64,000 bases of DNA from Selaginella moellendorffii (taxonomy: Eukaryota > Plantae > Lycopodiophyta), in assembly GCF_000143415.4 (NCBI RefSeq), contig NW_003314270.1:124001-188000 (forward strand), in the 5' to 3' direction. Positions 9,834 to 22,889 of this stretch are shown one piece after another. Position 1 is the first letter of the stretch, and each line of letters opens with the position of its first letter. The notes under the pieces were generated by a model. The model did not search any database. It was given only the letters and a program-made list of their open reading frames with translations, and was not told the origin of the DNA. The position numbers were made by a program, and so were the translations under genes.

Positions 9834-12261
9834 ATGTTTCCTTGTTCTTTGCTAGATGTATCATTGCGAGAAAACAATTCCAATGCTCTCTCCGAGGGTC
9901 GCAGATGCAGGAATACAAACTCGCAACCCAGGGAAACTTGTAGCTTCGATGATCAACGAGCATTCAACTCCAGCAACTTGAAGAGAAAAGATAGTACGAC
10001 ACGAACGAGCACTCAAGCGATCCTTGCGACACTAAAGTCTTGCGGCAGTGAGGAGGAACTTGAACAAGTGCTCGACAAATGCGGATGAGATGGGAACGTT
10101 TTCCTGGCCAACACGTCGTGGGAACCTGGACGAAGCTCGGTGAGTTTTCGACGGCATGAAGCAGCGAACCGTGGTGAAGGCCTATGCTCCGAGTGGAGAA
10201 AAGGATTTGGCCCTGGAACTTTTCTCCACCATGCTGGATCAAGGCTTCCAACCGGACGGGAGAACCTTTGTGGCTGTTCTTGGTGCCTGCGCCAGGTTCG
10301 CAGCGGGAGGGCAGGGAGGTGGCTGGAAAAAAGGTGAAACTGGTCTCTCTGGAGAGAGCAATGGCTTGTCACTCAGAGCTTTTCAGGAGGGGCCTTGAGT
10401 CTAACCGGTTTCAGGCAAGCTCGCTACTCGACTTTTACGTAAAGTGTGGATCTCTGGAAGACGCTCGACGAGTTTTTGACAGGATCCAAGACTGCAGTGT
10501 GTCGCTGTGGAACGTTATGATCCTTGGACATGCGGTGAGCGATCAAGGCGAGGTGGCTCTCGAGCTCTTTTCTCTCATCCAACGCACTAGAGGTGGTGAG
10601 CCCGGACATTCCTCGCGGTAGCCGTTGCCTGCACGAGTCTGGCAGCTGGAGAAAGTGCAGAACTTCTGCAGGGAAAACTTATCAAGGTGGTCAGTTTGGA
10701 ATGAACTTTGTACGCGAAGTGCAGTGGACGCTAGTCGGGTCTTTAAGAAGATGCGAGAACGCGACGTGGTGCTGTGGACTGCTTTGGTTCTGGGATTCGT
10801 GGAAAACAAAGAGGATGAAGCGGCCTTGGAGGTTTTCTCTCGCATGCTGCGGGACGAAAGCTTTTCACCGGACTGATCAAGAACTTCCGTCGCTGTCTTG
10901 AGGACCTGTTCAAGCCTTGCAGCCAAGGAGGAAAGCCAGAGACTCCAAGGACGAGATCTTAAAGTCAGGTGGCTGGAAACAGGCATGGCTTTGCATGCTT
11001 TGCTCGCCGAGCTCGGGCACAGCACAAACATTTTTGTGGCAAGGACATGTACACGAAATGTGGAATCATGGACAATGCCCGGCTGGTTTTCGATAGCATG
11101 CCAAGGCACAGTGTGGTTCCGTGGACTGCTATGGTCTCGGGATATATGGAGAGCATGAAAGCGAGCTTTCGTTGAAGTACTTTGAAGCAATGCTAGCTCA
11201 GGCTTATCTTCCAGCGCTCATGGCCTGCACAAGTCTGGCGGAGAAGGAAGAGGAGGCAGCGGGTTTTCCAGGCGACGGAACAATGGTGGTGAAAGTTTTG
11301 AGCCTGGAGAGAGGCATGGTTGTTCACTCTCGAGCTCCAAGATCTGGTGACGAGTCCAACTCGTTCGTGGCAATGTCGCTTATCTACATGTATATGAAGT
11401 GTGGCAACCTTGGTGATGCGAGCGAGTCTTTTCGCGACGAGGCATCAAAGCTCGGTGCTGTGGAGTTCGATGATAATGGCGCTTGCAGAAGGTGGTGAGG
11501 CGAGAAGGCTATGGATTTGTTCCAGAGGATGCAAGACGAAGGCGTGGAACCAGACTGTTGGACTTTCATCACGGCTTTTAAGTCCGTGCTCGGGCCTTGC
11601 TAGCAAACCGGAGAAAACGAAGAAACTTATTGGAAGACAGCAGCAGCAGCGGCAAAGGTGGCTGGAAACAGGGATGGAACTTCAGTCGCGAGCAGCAAAG
11701 CTGGGATTCGAGATAGATATCTTCGTAGCCAACACTCTGGTGGACATGTACTCCAAGTGCAAGCGCATGGACATGGCGAGACGGGTCTTGAAAAGGATAC
11801 AGCAGCGAACTATAGTGGGATGGAACGCGATCATCGGTGGCTACGTCGAGGCCGGGGAGAGCCACACGGCTTTAGAGCTCTTCCAACGTTTGCAGCAGCA
11901 GCAGCGAGAAGATGTGGCACGAAAGTTCGAGCGTTTGGTGCCGCATCTTCTCGTGCCGGCACTCAAGGCCTGCGCGATGCTTGCATTGCTCGAGGTTGGG
12001 AGAAAGATTCATGCCAGCATCCGCGAGGCCGGGCTCAGCGACTGTGTTCTTCTGGCCAACGCACTCATCGAAGTGTGGAAGCATGGGCGGTGTTTGCATC
12101 GATCCGCAAGCCTGGAACAACTTCTCGCCGAGTCGGTGCTGGAAACTTTCGAGAGGATGAGGAAGGATCGATCGGTAGCTCACGACTTTCCTGTGGCTTC
12201 TCAGCGCTTGCAGCCACTCGGGGACTGCAAGCGCTACTTGGAGGTCATGGGCCATCGCTGA
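9834..12261 (+). pseudogene. Fragmented PLS-PPR pseudogene
   Basis: PPR motifs (FYVKCGSLEDARRVFD, RDVVLWTALV, DMYTKCG, DMYSKC..ARRV) are spread over several frames with stops and frameshifts. Confidence 0.85.
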
Positions 12262-12513
12262 TGCTGCTGTTCCTGCTGTCTTTCTCCGAGGATTGCCATT
12301 TCTGCGAGAGCGGTGTTCGCTTGGAGCTTTTCCAGCTTGCTCTTGAGAGCCCAAGAGAATGAAGCAAAAAAAAATGTGGCGTTTTCAAATTTCCCGCTGG
12401 AATGCCCAATTTAGGGTTCTACTCCAGGGTTTGGGGCAATCGTCGATATTTCTCCGCGAGCGCGCGCGCGCGCGGCCAGATCTCGATCTTTCTCGTTCTC
12501 CTCGCTTGCGATC

Positions 12514-13674
12514 ATGCTGTGCTTTGGCTTGCGTTTCCCCACGCCTCCCGCGAGCGTTCCGGACGAAAATCTCCTCAAGGATGCGAGAAAGCAAGGTAAT
12601 CCGGTGCTCCTGGGCCTCCTCGAGGATGGAGACAAGCCTGTCTTGATCAGCTTTGGCAACAGGCATGTGGACACGCTCCTCCGTCTCGTGAAGGCAGCGG
12701 ATTTCGAAGGAATGGAGAAGAAGCTGTCGAGAATCAAGAAAGAAGTGGACGAAATTCTGCGGCTAGTCACCGACGAGGCCTCCCGGGTCGCTGTGAATGC
12801 AATGCAGGTGGATATCGGACTGGGACTGATCGACACATCGCCAAAGCTCCTCGTCTTTGACTGCATGCGGATCTTCTCGGACAGGCTTACGAGGATCTAC
12901 CGCAAGACCTGCGAAAAGGAGCTAAGCTCTGCGATCAGAGCTTCATTCGACAAGCCACTCCGCAAGGCCTGCAAGGGACGCACTCTCCACGCGAAGAAAG
13001 CGGATTTGACGTGCTCCGCGACTTTCGTAATGTTCTCGGCTGGCTTGTACCAGGCTATGCAGGAACCCGTGGAGAATGGCCTCTCTGAAGAACCCGTGAA
13101 AAGTCTGGCTAACTTCTACCGAGGCGTTGTCGAAAGGTACGTTGCGAACTGGATATGGACAGCCTTGCTAACGTGCAAACTTCTACTTCTTGCAAACTTC
13201 AGGTACGTTGTGGAATCCAAAGGAGAGCTTGACGAGGAGGCTGAAGATCTCTTCAAGGCATTGGCACCAGAAAGCAAGCCAGAACTCGAGCTCGTTCTGA
13301 AGGAGTGGGCGACCTTCTACAGTCAACGTGACAAACGCAACAAAGCTGCTCACCCCGCAACTTTCATCGAGGGCCCTCAGGAGGATACTCAAACCGAGTA
13401 TGCACGCCTGGTCTACATGAAGGAGGCGTTGGAGATCCTGAGCAGGGGCAATAACCTTGACGTGGTGGGGAAATGTGCGGTCGTGCACTATCGAAACTAC
13501 TTGGAGCATCACAGGCCGGCGAGTATGTTTTGGTTTCTTACCAGAAATCTTTATAATGGTGAAGTGCAGGTGCTGGAGGTGCTGGAGAATCGAAGGAGTA
13601 AAGGAAAGCTACGAGTGGTAAAGCCGGCTATGCCTGGTATGTTTTCGCCAGCTTTTCGTTTTTCCCTTTTCTAA
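12514..13674 (+). CDS. Unknown helical protein, family member A (probably spliced)
   Basis: 386-aa ORF homologous to the neighbouring gene B. Probable in-frame GT-AG intron at 13137-13202 and further short introns near the 3' end, so the true C-terminus differs from the ORF. Confidence 0.65.
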   Translation: MLCFGLRFPTPPASVPDENLLKDARKQGNPVLLGLLEDGDKPVLISFGNRHVDTLLRLVKAADFEGMEKKLSRIKKEVDEILRLVTDEASRVAVNAMQVDIGLGLIDTSPKLLVFDCMRIFSDRLTRIYRKTCEKELSSAIRASFDKPLRKACKGRTLHAKKADLTCSATFVMFSAGLYQAMQEPVENGLSEEPVKSLANFYRGVVERYVANWIWTALLTCKLLLLANFRYVVESKGELDEEAEDLFKALAPESKPELELVLKEWATFYSQRDKRNKAAHPATFIEGPQEDTQTEYARLVYMKEALEILSRGNNLDVVGKCAVVHYRNYLEHHRPASMFWFLTRNLYNGEVQVLEVLENRRSKGKLRVVKPAMPGMFSPAFRFSLF

Positions 13675-14238
13675 TGGTTTGCAGGTCCTGGCGGCGGGAC
13701 TGAGATTTTTTTTTCCAGGCTTTTCAATCGCCAATTGTATATTCATCTCTGTTCCAATAAAACGCTCGTTCGGTTCTCATCCACTGAAAGCTCTTTATCA
13801 GTTTCTAAACCAGCAAGAAACTTCTCCAGGCAAGTCCCTCCGATCCAGAGAATTTCCCTTTCATTGTTCTCGGCAACAAGGGCGACGTAGATGGACGGAG
13901 ATCCTGGCTTTAGTTTGTGTGAATGTTCTTGTGAGATTGTTTGTTTCCTCCTTCCAGGAATTCGATTCGTTGTCGAGCTTTAAATTTTTCCAGCATTGTA
14001 ACCAGCTCAACAACCAGGTCGAGAGGGCTATGGGAAGAATCATGGAGCGAAGCGTTTCTGAAAGGAAAAAAATGGAGAACAATCGGCCTACCAGGAAGAA
14101 TCCGCCGAGCTACGAGAAGCCTTGACGAGCTTTCGGGCTCCCTCCATCTCAGAATTTAAATTTAAAAGGGTCTATTATTAATATTTAAACGTTGATAGGA
14201 TTATTAGTTTTGGGTTAGGTCAAGTGGGTTGTTCAAGG

Positions 14239-15282
14239 ATGCTGTCTGTTGGGCGGAGCTTCTTCACGGGCAAGGATCGCTTCTTGGATGCGAAGAAGAA
14301 AAAGGTGGTGTTTGTGGGGTCTTTGCCTTGTACTCGTCAGCGGGTACCTGGTGTGATGTGCTGCAGCACCAAGGAAGATTTCGAGACCATGCGACAGAAG
14401 CTGCCTTCTATGGACCTGGGTGGTTTGGAGCGGCCTCTGGGAGATCTCGCAGACGTGATCCACAACCTGGGTGCTTGGGTTGATGCACGCGAGGCGCTGC
14501 AGTCCGAACTGAAGATGAAGGTCAACTACAGCCGCTTGACCGGGGGCCCTCTTTTCTTCCTTGTCTATGACTGCATCAGGATGGTCGCTGATAGCCTGAC
14601 CACAATCTACCGCGACTCGTGTGAGAGCGAGCTCGATGCTCGCACCAGATCCGTGCTTGCGAAGGCCCTGCGACAATACCGTAAGGGTCGTCGGCCTCGG
14701 ATCGTCAGGTTGGAAAACCGGGACCCCACTGCCTGGGCCAACTTCCAGATGTTCGCGGCATGCTTGTGTCTTTCGCTGGAGAACCGTTTGGGCCTGGCTG
14801 AAGCGGAAGTGGAAATCCTAGCAAACGTCGTGGTTCCATTCCACCGAGCGGTCGTCACCAGGTATGCCCAGGGGTTTGGCGAGGAGGCCCGGGGTGTGAT
14901 CATGGAGGCGTTGGCTCCAGACAACGGGGCGGAACTAGGGCTAGCGTTACGAGAATGGGTGACGTACTGTGATGTTTGTGGTTATGGCTGGCACAAAGAC
15001 ACCCCTGGGCCACATCCAGCGGTTTGGAGCCCATACACCAATGATCCAACAAGTGAGTATGCACGCCTCCTAAATGCACAGGCTATGTTGTCCAAGCTGA
15101 TCGAGGAGAAGAACCCCCATGCGGCAAGGCTACCGAGAACGAGCAAAGTGTCTGTGCTTCACTATGGCGAGTACGTGGAGCAACACAGACCTGCTGGTGT
15201 CACTTCTCCTCCAGAGTTACCACCGCCGGTATGTTTTCTTAGTTTTGCCAGCATTCTTTTTAACGGCAGGACATGCAGCTAA
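14239..15282 (+). CDS. Unknown protein, family member B (paralog of A)
   Basis: Long ORF conserved in three copies. Shares LV.DC.R...D.LT.IYR..CE.EL, LAP....EL.L.L.EW, EYARL and HY..Y.E.HRPA with A. Probable short 3' intron (GTATG...GGCAG). Confidence 0.7.
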   Translation: MLSVGRSFFTGKDRFLDAKKKKVVFVGSLPCTRQRVPGVMCCSTKEDFETMRQKLPSMDLGGLERPLGDLADVIHNLGAWVDAREALQSELKMKVNYSRLTGGPLFFLVYDCIRMVADSLTTIYRDSCESELDARTRSVLAKALRQYRKGRRPRIVRLENRDPTAWANFQMFAACLCLSLENRLGLAEAEVEILANVVVPFHRAVVTRYAQGFGEEARGVIMEALAPDNGAELGLALREWVTYCDVCGYGWHKDTPGPHPAVWSPYTNDPTSEYARLLNAQAMLSKLIEEKNPHAARLPRTSKVSVLHYGEYVEQHRPAGVTSPPELPPPVCFLSFASILFNGRTCS

Positions 15283-16644
15283 GCTTGGATCCCTTTCTGT
15301 ATATTTAGGTACGTGCTCTCTTTTCACTCTTGTCTCTTTCTAGGCCTTATAGATTTTTAGCACCAAAACAGACCAAAGTCGAAAAACACTCGAATGCATA
15401 TTTTGTTTAGCAAAATAAACTAGTTGGAATTTCCCTGTTTGGCCTTGTTTAAAACAAAAGGCTGCTTAAAGAGCAAGACTTTTGCATAAAAGTCCTTGTT
15501 GATTGGACCCTTCGGCATCGAACCTGGGTCCGGTTTACTTTTACACTTACCTATGTTCCAATAATAAAATATCATACCATCTACGTGAACCATATGGCAT
15601 CCATGGCAATTTGTTAGATCGCGAATCCACCTGCATTCTCGCTGCTCAAGGCCAGCGTCCTTGGCAGAAGCGCTTCCCCAATTTTAGAGGTATGAGGACG
15701 GGATCTAGATGGATCGGGGCGGCGCTCCTCTTCCCAAAATACTTGACAACCGACACGTGGTGGGATCCAAGGACGATAGTGGCGCTCTGGGTGTGTGGAG
15801 TTCACTCGGTGGTGGATTAAACCACTCTAACGAAGAACACTATGGATTATTAATAAAAATTAATAGAGTAGACCTCTCAGAGAGTTTTGTTCGAGATTTT
15901 CTCGCACTCACTCGCTGTTTCTATGAATGAAGCAGGAAGGAGAACAACTGGTGGCTCATTCCCGTCGCTCTGCTCGTCTGTAAATGTACCCAGGCAAGGA
16001 TCGTAGATTGGCAGATCCAGGACCGGACTGTCTATACCAAAGACCTTTCATCCAGCGACACAAAAATGTCAAACGTTGGAACTGTTGGTGCTCCAAGGTC
16101 AAGTTTGTTTTAAAATTTTTTAACTTTTGTCCATAGTAGAATCGAACTCGAAACATGTACTTTGGGAAACGCCTCTAAGCTATTTGAATAATAACTTATT
16201 GAGCAAAATTTTTTGCATAAAAGTCCTTGTTAGCATCAAACCTACACTTATTTGATAGTTATGATCTCACTATGTACTTGAACCATTAATAAACTTTTGG
16301 CTTTTGGAATTTGTTAGATCCCTGAAGTACTCATAAGAAGATTCTTGTTTTAACATTTTTAGCACCACAAAGTTGATTTCTACTAATCACAATATGTTTT
16401 TCAATTCCTAAGGGATGAGCAATTCTTGAGGGGAGCTAGCTGGGTTGGTCCAAGCCCCAGGGCTTTGCAGGTTGCAAGCTCAATTATATTAACTCTTGAT
16501 CCTTTATCGAGAATTTCTCAAATTGGGATTTTGCATGGGGACTTTTCCCCAAGTATATTATACACCTTCCATGTGAATGCACTTATATATGTCCAAGTTT
16601 TATTTGGTCAAGTATGGAGCTAACTAGACTGTGAGGGTATGAAT

Positions 16645-16715
16645 ATGCTAGAGTCCTCTAGAATATGTGGGAACACTCCAGAGTGTCCTAGAGGTGTCAT
16701 CCCAGTGTATAAAAG
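16645..16715 (+). promoter_or_regulatory. Heat-shock-element-like array and TATA box of HSP20
   Basis: Alternating nGAAn/nTTCn-like units (TCTAGAATATGTGGGAACACTCCAGA) followed by TATAAAA about 80 bp upstream of the ATG. Confidence 0.7.
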
Positions 16716-16790
16716 AGGAGCAATCGCTCACATCCAGCATTGATCAAGTCTATTTGTTTCTAGCATTCACCCAGCAAATCTCTTGCCCAC

Positions 16791-17201
16791 ATGGCTTTGT
16801 ATTTCTACGATTCAAACATCTTGGATCCCTTTGAGGACATCTCGTCCATCTTTTCTTGTGACAACAGCAGCGCCGTCGCCAACACTCGCGTGGATTGGCT
16901 CGAGACACCCGAGGCACACATCTTCAAGGCCGATCTCCCGGGTGTGAGTAGAGAGGAAGTGAAGATCAGCATGGAGGACGGCCGCACCCTCCAGATCAGT
17001 GGTGAGAGGAAGAAGCACGAGTCTGACGAGAGCGATAAGTGGCACCGCGTGGAGCGCAGCCATGGCAGCTTCTTGCGGAAATTCCGGCTGCCTGAGAGTG
17101 CGAATGTGGAGGCGATCAAAGCTACAGTAGAACACGGTGTCCTCACTGTCACAATTCCAAAGATCCCCAAGCCACAGCCAAGAACAATCCAAATAGAATA
17201 G
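16791..17201 (+). CDS. Small heat shock protein HSP20 (cytosolic class I-like)
   Basis: [43 protein letters not shown] and GVLTVTIPK alpha-crystallin motifs. Confidence 0.95.
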   Translation: MALYFYDSNILDPFEDISSIFSCDNSSAVANTRVDWLETPEAHIFKADLPGVSREEVKISMEDGRTLQISGERKKHESDESDKWHRVERSHGSFLRKFRLPESANVEAIKATVEHGVLTVTIPKIPKPQPRTIQIE

Positions 17202-17257
17202 AGAGCGGTAAAATGATGGGAATAAAGTGAAAGCTCTTTTTCTCGATTAATAATATT

Positions 17258-18740
17258 AAATGATGTTCTCTTTTAATCCTAATTTGAGTTTAAGAATTAT
17301 AAACATTTTGGTTTGATGAATATCCTTTGCTTTACAAGTAATATTGGCAAGAATCGAACCTAAAACGCATGCGCTGGGAAACCAATGTCCTAACCAACTG
17401 GTCTAAGTTGTTTTAGTGAGCTAGTGAACCAGAACAAGGGTTACTTAAAGAGTAAGCTTTTTGCATTGAAGTCCTTGTTGATTGGACCCTTCGGCACCGA
17501 ACCTGGGTTTCATAGAACGGTTTACCTTTACACTTACCTGATAGCCATTATCTCAGCTTGGTTTTGGTATATAATTAATTTTTTATTATTTTTCATGTGT
17601 TAAAGAAAGTTTATTTTTAGATGGATCGGCACAAATGTTTTTGCTTACTTAAGTTCAAGTGGCTTACTTAGTATTTTGTTTATATTTTTCTAGAGATTTG
17701 TGGTTCTCCTGTCCCAATAGCAAAATTTTGCCTAGTCTTTTCTGATGGGAAATATTTACCTATAGAAAACTTCCAACCTTCCCTCAAAAAAATGTTAAAG
17801 TTTATTGATCTTCTATTGTGTGTGTTTAGAGCTGTAAAGAAGTCGGTATGCAAATGATCTTAGCATGATCGTTATCAGACATTTATCCAATCAAGACTAA
17901 TTGAGAAGGAAGAAAATGAGTTCTTTGTATTTTGATAATTGTTTTTTATTTTTAGTTTTCTTTATAACAAGAAACTGAGCAAACAACCAATAGTAAAGGT
18001 TTGAAAAAAAAAATGAAAATTGGTTTTTCTTTATATTTTACAACTACTATAGTAGATGACTTTATTAGAAGTGTATGACAAGTAGCCCTAGAAATTTTGA
18101 GAGCATGCACCATTGTTATGTTAATCACAATACTTATAAAAATGGTTAAAGAGGAAAATATGCAATAGAGATGCAACAATAACATTAATTTAGAGCTAAG
18201 AAACCTTTTCATCATACTTACAATTGATGAGTTTGCCAAACTTTCATACAATTTATCACATATTTATTATCTTTCTATATTTATTGAGCACTACTACTAG
18301 CAACAGGAAGAATTAAATCGTAAACCTCTGCTCATCCGATTTAAATTTAAAATCTTATTATGCATATAGATGGGCATATAGGATTAGATACCCATACCTA
18401 GATTATATTTCTGGATTAACTATGGATTGGACCAAATTAATTTCTAAAGACCCTATAAAGATAAGGTTTTGAATATATTCAAAATAGAAAAGGAAAACTT
18501 TACCCCTTTTTAACATAAAAAATCATTTTTCTTCTCTATTATTCAATATTTTATTAGTAATATTCATCATTTCCCTTCCTCTTGATGGCAAGCTCTTGAC
18601 AATTTAAACACTCTCCATATCAATGGTTTCCTCATATCCTCTTTTTAAGTTCTAGTTAGATTTAGATATATTGCAAAATTTATATGAAGCATTAGAGCAA
18701 TTTAATACAGAAATTCAGTCATAACTCTATAGCAAATTAT
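17258..18740. repeat. AT-rich segment; left arm of an inverted duplication with ~38626-40716
   Basis: Reverse-complement identity along the arm, e.g. TAACTCTATAGCAAATTAT vs ATAATTTGCTATAGAGTTA. Confidence 0.85.
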
Positions 18741-18799
18741 CACATAACATTGTCTATATTGAAAAATATATTATATTTCATTTTCATAATAATACTTAT

Positions 18800-19317
18800 A
18801 AGTATACATACATACATACATACATATATATATACACATACATATATCTATATATACATATACATATACATATATATACATATACATATACTTATATATA
18901 CATATATACATATATATACATATATACATATATATACATACATATATACATATATATACATACATATATACATATATATACATATATACATATATATACA
19001 TATATACATATATATACATATATACATATATATACATATATACATATATATACATATATACATATATAGAGAGATATACATATATACACATATATACATA
19101 TATATACATACATATGCGTATATTTTTGGGGATATACATATATATACATATATACATATATATACATATATACATATATATACATATATACATATATATA
19201 CATATATACATATATATACATATATACATATATATACATGGAGACATATATACACATATATACATATATATATATATACATATATACACATATATACATA
19301 TATATATATATACATAT

Positions 19318-19412
<95 letters not shown>

Positions 19413-19639
19413 CATATATATACATATATACATATATATACATACACATACATATAGATACATACATATACATACACACATACACATACATACATACACA
19501 TACATATAGATACATACACATACACACATACATACACATACATACACATACATACATATACATACATACACATATATACATATACACATACATATACATA
19601 CACATACACATACACATACATATACATACATATATACAT

Positions 19640-19672
<33 letters not shown>

Positions 19673-19915
19673 CACATATACATACATATATACATATACA
19701 TACATATATAAACATATATACATACATATATATATATACACATATACATATACATATATATACATACATATATACATATATAAACATATATATACATATA
19801 TATACATATATAAACATATATATACATATATATACATATACATACATATACATATATATACATACATATATATACATATATATACATACATATACATATA
19901 CATATATATATGTAT
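18800..19915. repeat. ~1.1 kb compound (TA)n/(TACA)n/(TATACA)n microsatellite
   Basis: Directly visible; pure (TA)n core at ~19322-19408. Confidence 0.98.
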
Positions 19916-19920
19916 AGATA

Positions 19921-22447
19921 TGTGAGTGTATGGAATATGGAAAGGGAATACAGAAAATGTGCATATCAATTAGCACAAAAACCCTAGTTTATATACAAGA
20001 GTGAGTAGTCTAAATTGAAACCAATTTGACAGTTACCAAAATCCCATTACGCTAATATTAGTATACAGCATTGTAGCCGTACACTTGGACCTCACATCAT
20101 CCCCTCCTCTCGGAATAATGGAAGACCATCAGGGTTCTTTTGTAGATGGGCCAGGATCGAGAGGAACGTTAGGAGGAGGTATCGGTGAATCTGTAGATGG
20201 TATTAACTGCTTTTGATCCCTTGGTATGAAGCGTTTCAACCACTACATATACACAATCTTTGGAGGATCGGCCTATTATACATCATGCCGAACCTCATAA
20301 ACTTGCGGTCCAACTTGTTGCAACACCTGATATGGTCCTTTCCACTAAGCAAGGAGCCCCTTAAATAAACCATGTACCATAAGATGGGGAAAACAGACTA
20401 ACACTAAGTCATCCACTTTGTATTCCATAGGTGGACGATGATGGGAGTTGTAGTGCCGTTATTATCCCACTTATATGCGACCTAACTGTTTGGTAGACTC
20501 TGTTTGGACAAGTGGAAGAATGCTCGTCAAATACTGATCCCACGACCTAGCATCGGCAGCTCGTGACAATCGTGAAGGTAAACCCAGCTCCGTTGGTAAT
20601 ATTGGATCATGACCATATAGGAGTTTATATGGTTAGAACTCTACACCCCTGTGACATATGCATACTGAAAAGACAACAAATAACTATCCCAATCTGAATA
20701 TTGAAAGTTCTCGTACTTCGTGATCATTCCTTTGAATGTCTGAACGAGCCATTCCACCAAACCGTTTGACTGTGGATGATAAGCACTCATGAAAGTGTGG
20801 CGTATCCCCAACCGAGATGTCAAAACATGAAATGCCTTAGCCATAAATGCGGGACCATTATCTGAAAGAATCCGCTTCAGACAAGAATGCTGGAACACCA
20901 CTCGATTGAGGAGGAAGTATCCAACAGTAGTTGCAGAGGTGCTAGCAAGAGCACTAACTTCCATCCAACAAGTCAAGAAGTCAAAAACAATAATAACATA
21001 CTCATTACTAGTAGTCAACCGTGGAAAAGTTCCCATAAAATCAAATGTCACCAACTCAAACGGATGGGAAACTGCAATTGACTCCAACCGTCCTTCCGTG
21101 GCACGAGGGGGAGTATTACGAGAGCTTGGTGCCAAATGTAGCTATGCACATACCAGATAATATCACGTCGCATCTCCAGCCAATAGAAAGACTTATGCAG
21201 CTTCTCGGTTACACAACAATGTCCTATATACCCACATAGAACAAGAGAATCTTGGTAGATATGGAAAAATTGCAAAATAAAGATAGAAGACACCACCAAT
21301 TGTAAATGATCATCAGGATCCATCCCCACAAAATAAAGAAGGCCATCTTCAAGGCGATATTGAAAATGTAAATGCTGGAATGCCAAGTCATCAGTAAGTG
21401 ATGCAAGATTCTCAAACCCATATTGAAATCTTTGAATCCACGGCTCAATTGTTTGAGCCTCGCGAACCTCATCAAGAGAAGGTAGATCTTGCTCTGTGCC
21501 TTATGGACACTAAATGTTAAGTATAGCAACCACCAATGGCACTAAATCCATGTCTAAAAAATCCATAGATGCTAGAACAACAGGCTCATCAGAAACATGA
21601 GAAGAGAGTGGAGAAGGAAGAAGAGCTTGAGAAAGAGCATTAGCATCAGTTATAAAACTCCCTGAGCAATGAACAACATTAAAATCATATATATAAAGCT
21701 TCAAAGCCCACCAAGTAGTACGACGAACCAAGTTCTTTCACTTCAATATTGAAATAACAGTAGCATGATCACCTTCAAGTAACATTTGAGAACTATGTAG
21801 ATATGCATGAAGTTTCTTAAAACTTCAAACTGTTGCTAAACACTCTTTTTCCATCGTGGAGTAGTTCACCTCCGTTGGTTGTAATGTATGGCTTATATAC
21901 GTAATGGGATGGCACTAACCAAGCACACTCAAGCTCTCTTGCATCAACACACTTCCAACATTAATATCAGAAGCATTCACGCACAAAATAAAAGGTCAAA
22001 TGTAGTTAGAATATGCCAAAACCGAAAGAGTTGTCAATAGCTCTTTGAGATCCACAAACACCCACTCATAATCTGAAGACCAGATGAACGATGACATTGA
22101 TGACTTCAAAAATACTCACAATGGTGCAGTGCGATCAAAAAGATGATCCACAAAACGACCAAGATACTGCATCTTGCCCAGGAAGCACTGCACATCATTC
22201 ACACACTTTGGAGTAGGGAACTTTAGAACAGCTAGAAGTTTGTCAGGATCAACTTGCAAACCCTCACGAGAAATGCGGTACCCAAGATAAGTCGTGTCCC
22301 ATGACCCAAATATGCACTTCGACCACTTCAACTTTAAACTAACATCCCATAACTGATCCAACACTTTATAAACATCACAAACGTGCTCCTCTCACATCCC
22401 CTCCAAGTGGACCAAGACATCATCAATGAAGTCAGCAATCATCTTTA
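19921..22447 (-). mobile_element. Gypsy retrotransposon 3' part (3' LTR 19921-20096, PPT, integrase, RNase H, distal RT), interrupted by a DNA transposon
   Basis: Integrase motifs ILSDNGPAF and SAYHPQSNGLVE; RT motifs LKWSKC.FG and YLGYRIS; same LTR family as 34-2276. Confidence 0.9.
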
Positions 22448-22471
22448 AAGCTCTATTTCGTTAAAGTGGGA
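22448..22471 (+). repeat. 24-bp terminal repeat (left TIR)
   Basis: Identical to 36876-36899; preceded by TTTA, the reverse complement of TSD TAAA. Confidence 0.85.
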
Positions 22472-22889
22472 ATTGTCATTATCCCACTTGTAAAATAAAG
22501 TTTCCAAACCTTTATATAGTATATAAATATAACAAAATTCAATTGCATTGAGGCACATGCCATTTTATTTTAAACAAGGAAATGTCTACTCAATCACTTC
22601 TCCTCCCCCTGCCACTGCTTCACCTCTCTCTTCTCCTTGTCATCGTCGTCCAATTTCTTTCCATCCTTTTAATATTGGCTCAGTTGCTCCGAGTCTAGGT
22701 GGAGCCCAAGTCCCCATTCAATCTTTACTTTCCCCTTATTAATAAAACAACTTCGTAGACTTCCAATAACATGCTGTAACACTTCTAGTATAATGCAAAT
22801 CCTCTCAAAGAATTGTCTTTTAATATTAATACAATGGCATGGAACCCCATGCCATAATAAGTTACATTTTTAAATAAATACATGCCATC

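Noticed and set aside
18750-19976. Long Y/I/H/T- and Y/M/C/V-rich ORFs
   Set aside because: Translations of the TA/CA microsatellite, not genes.
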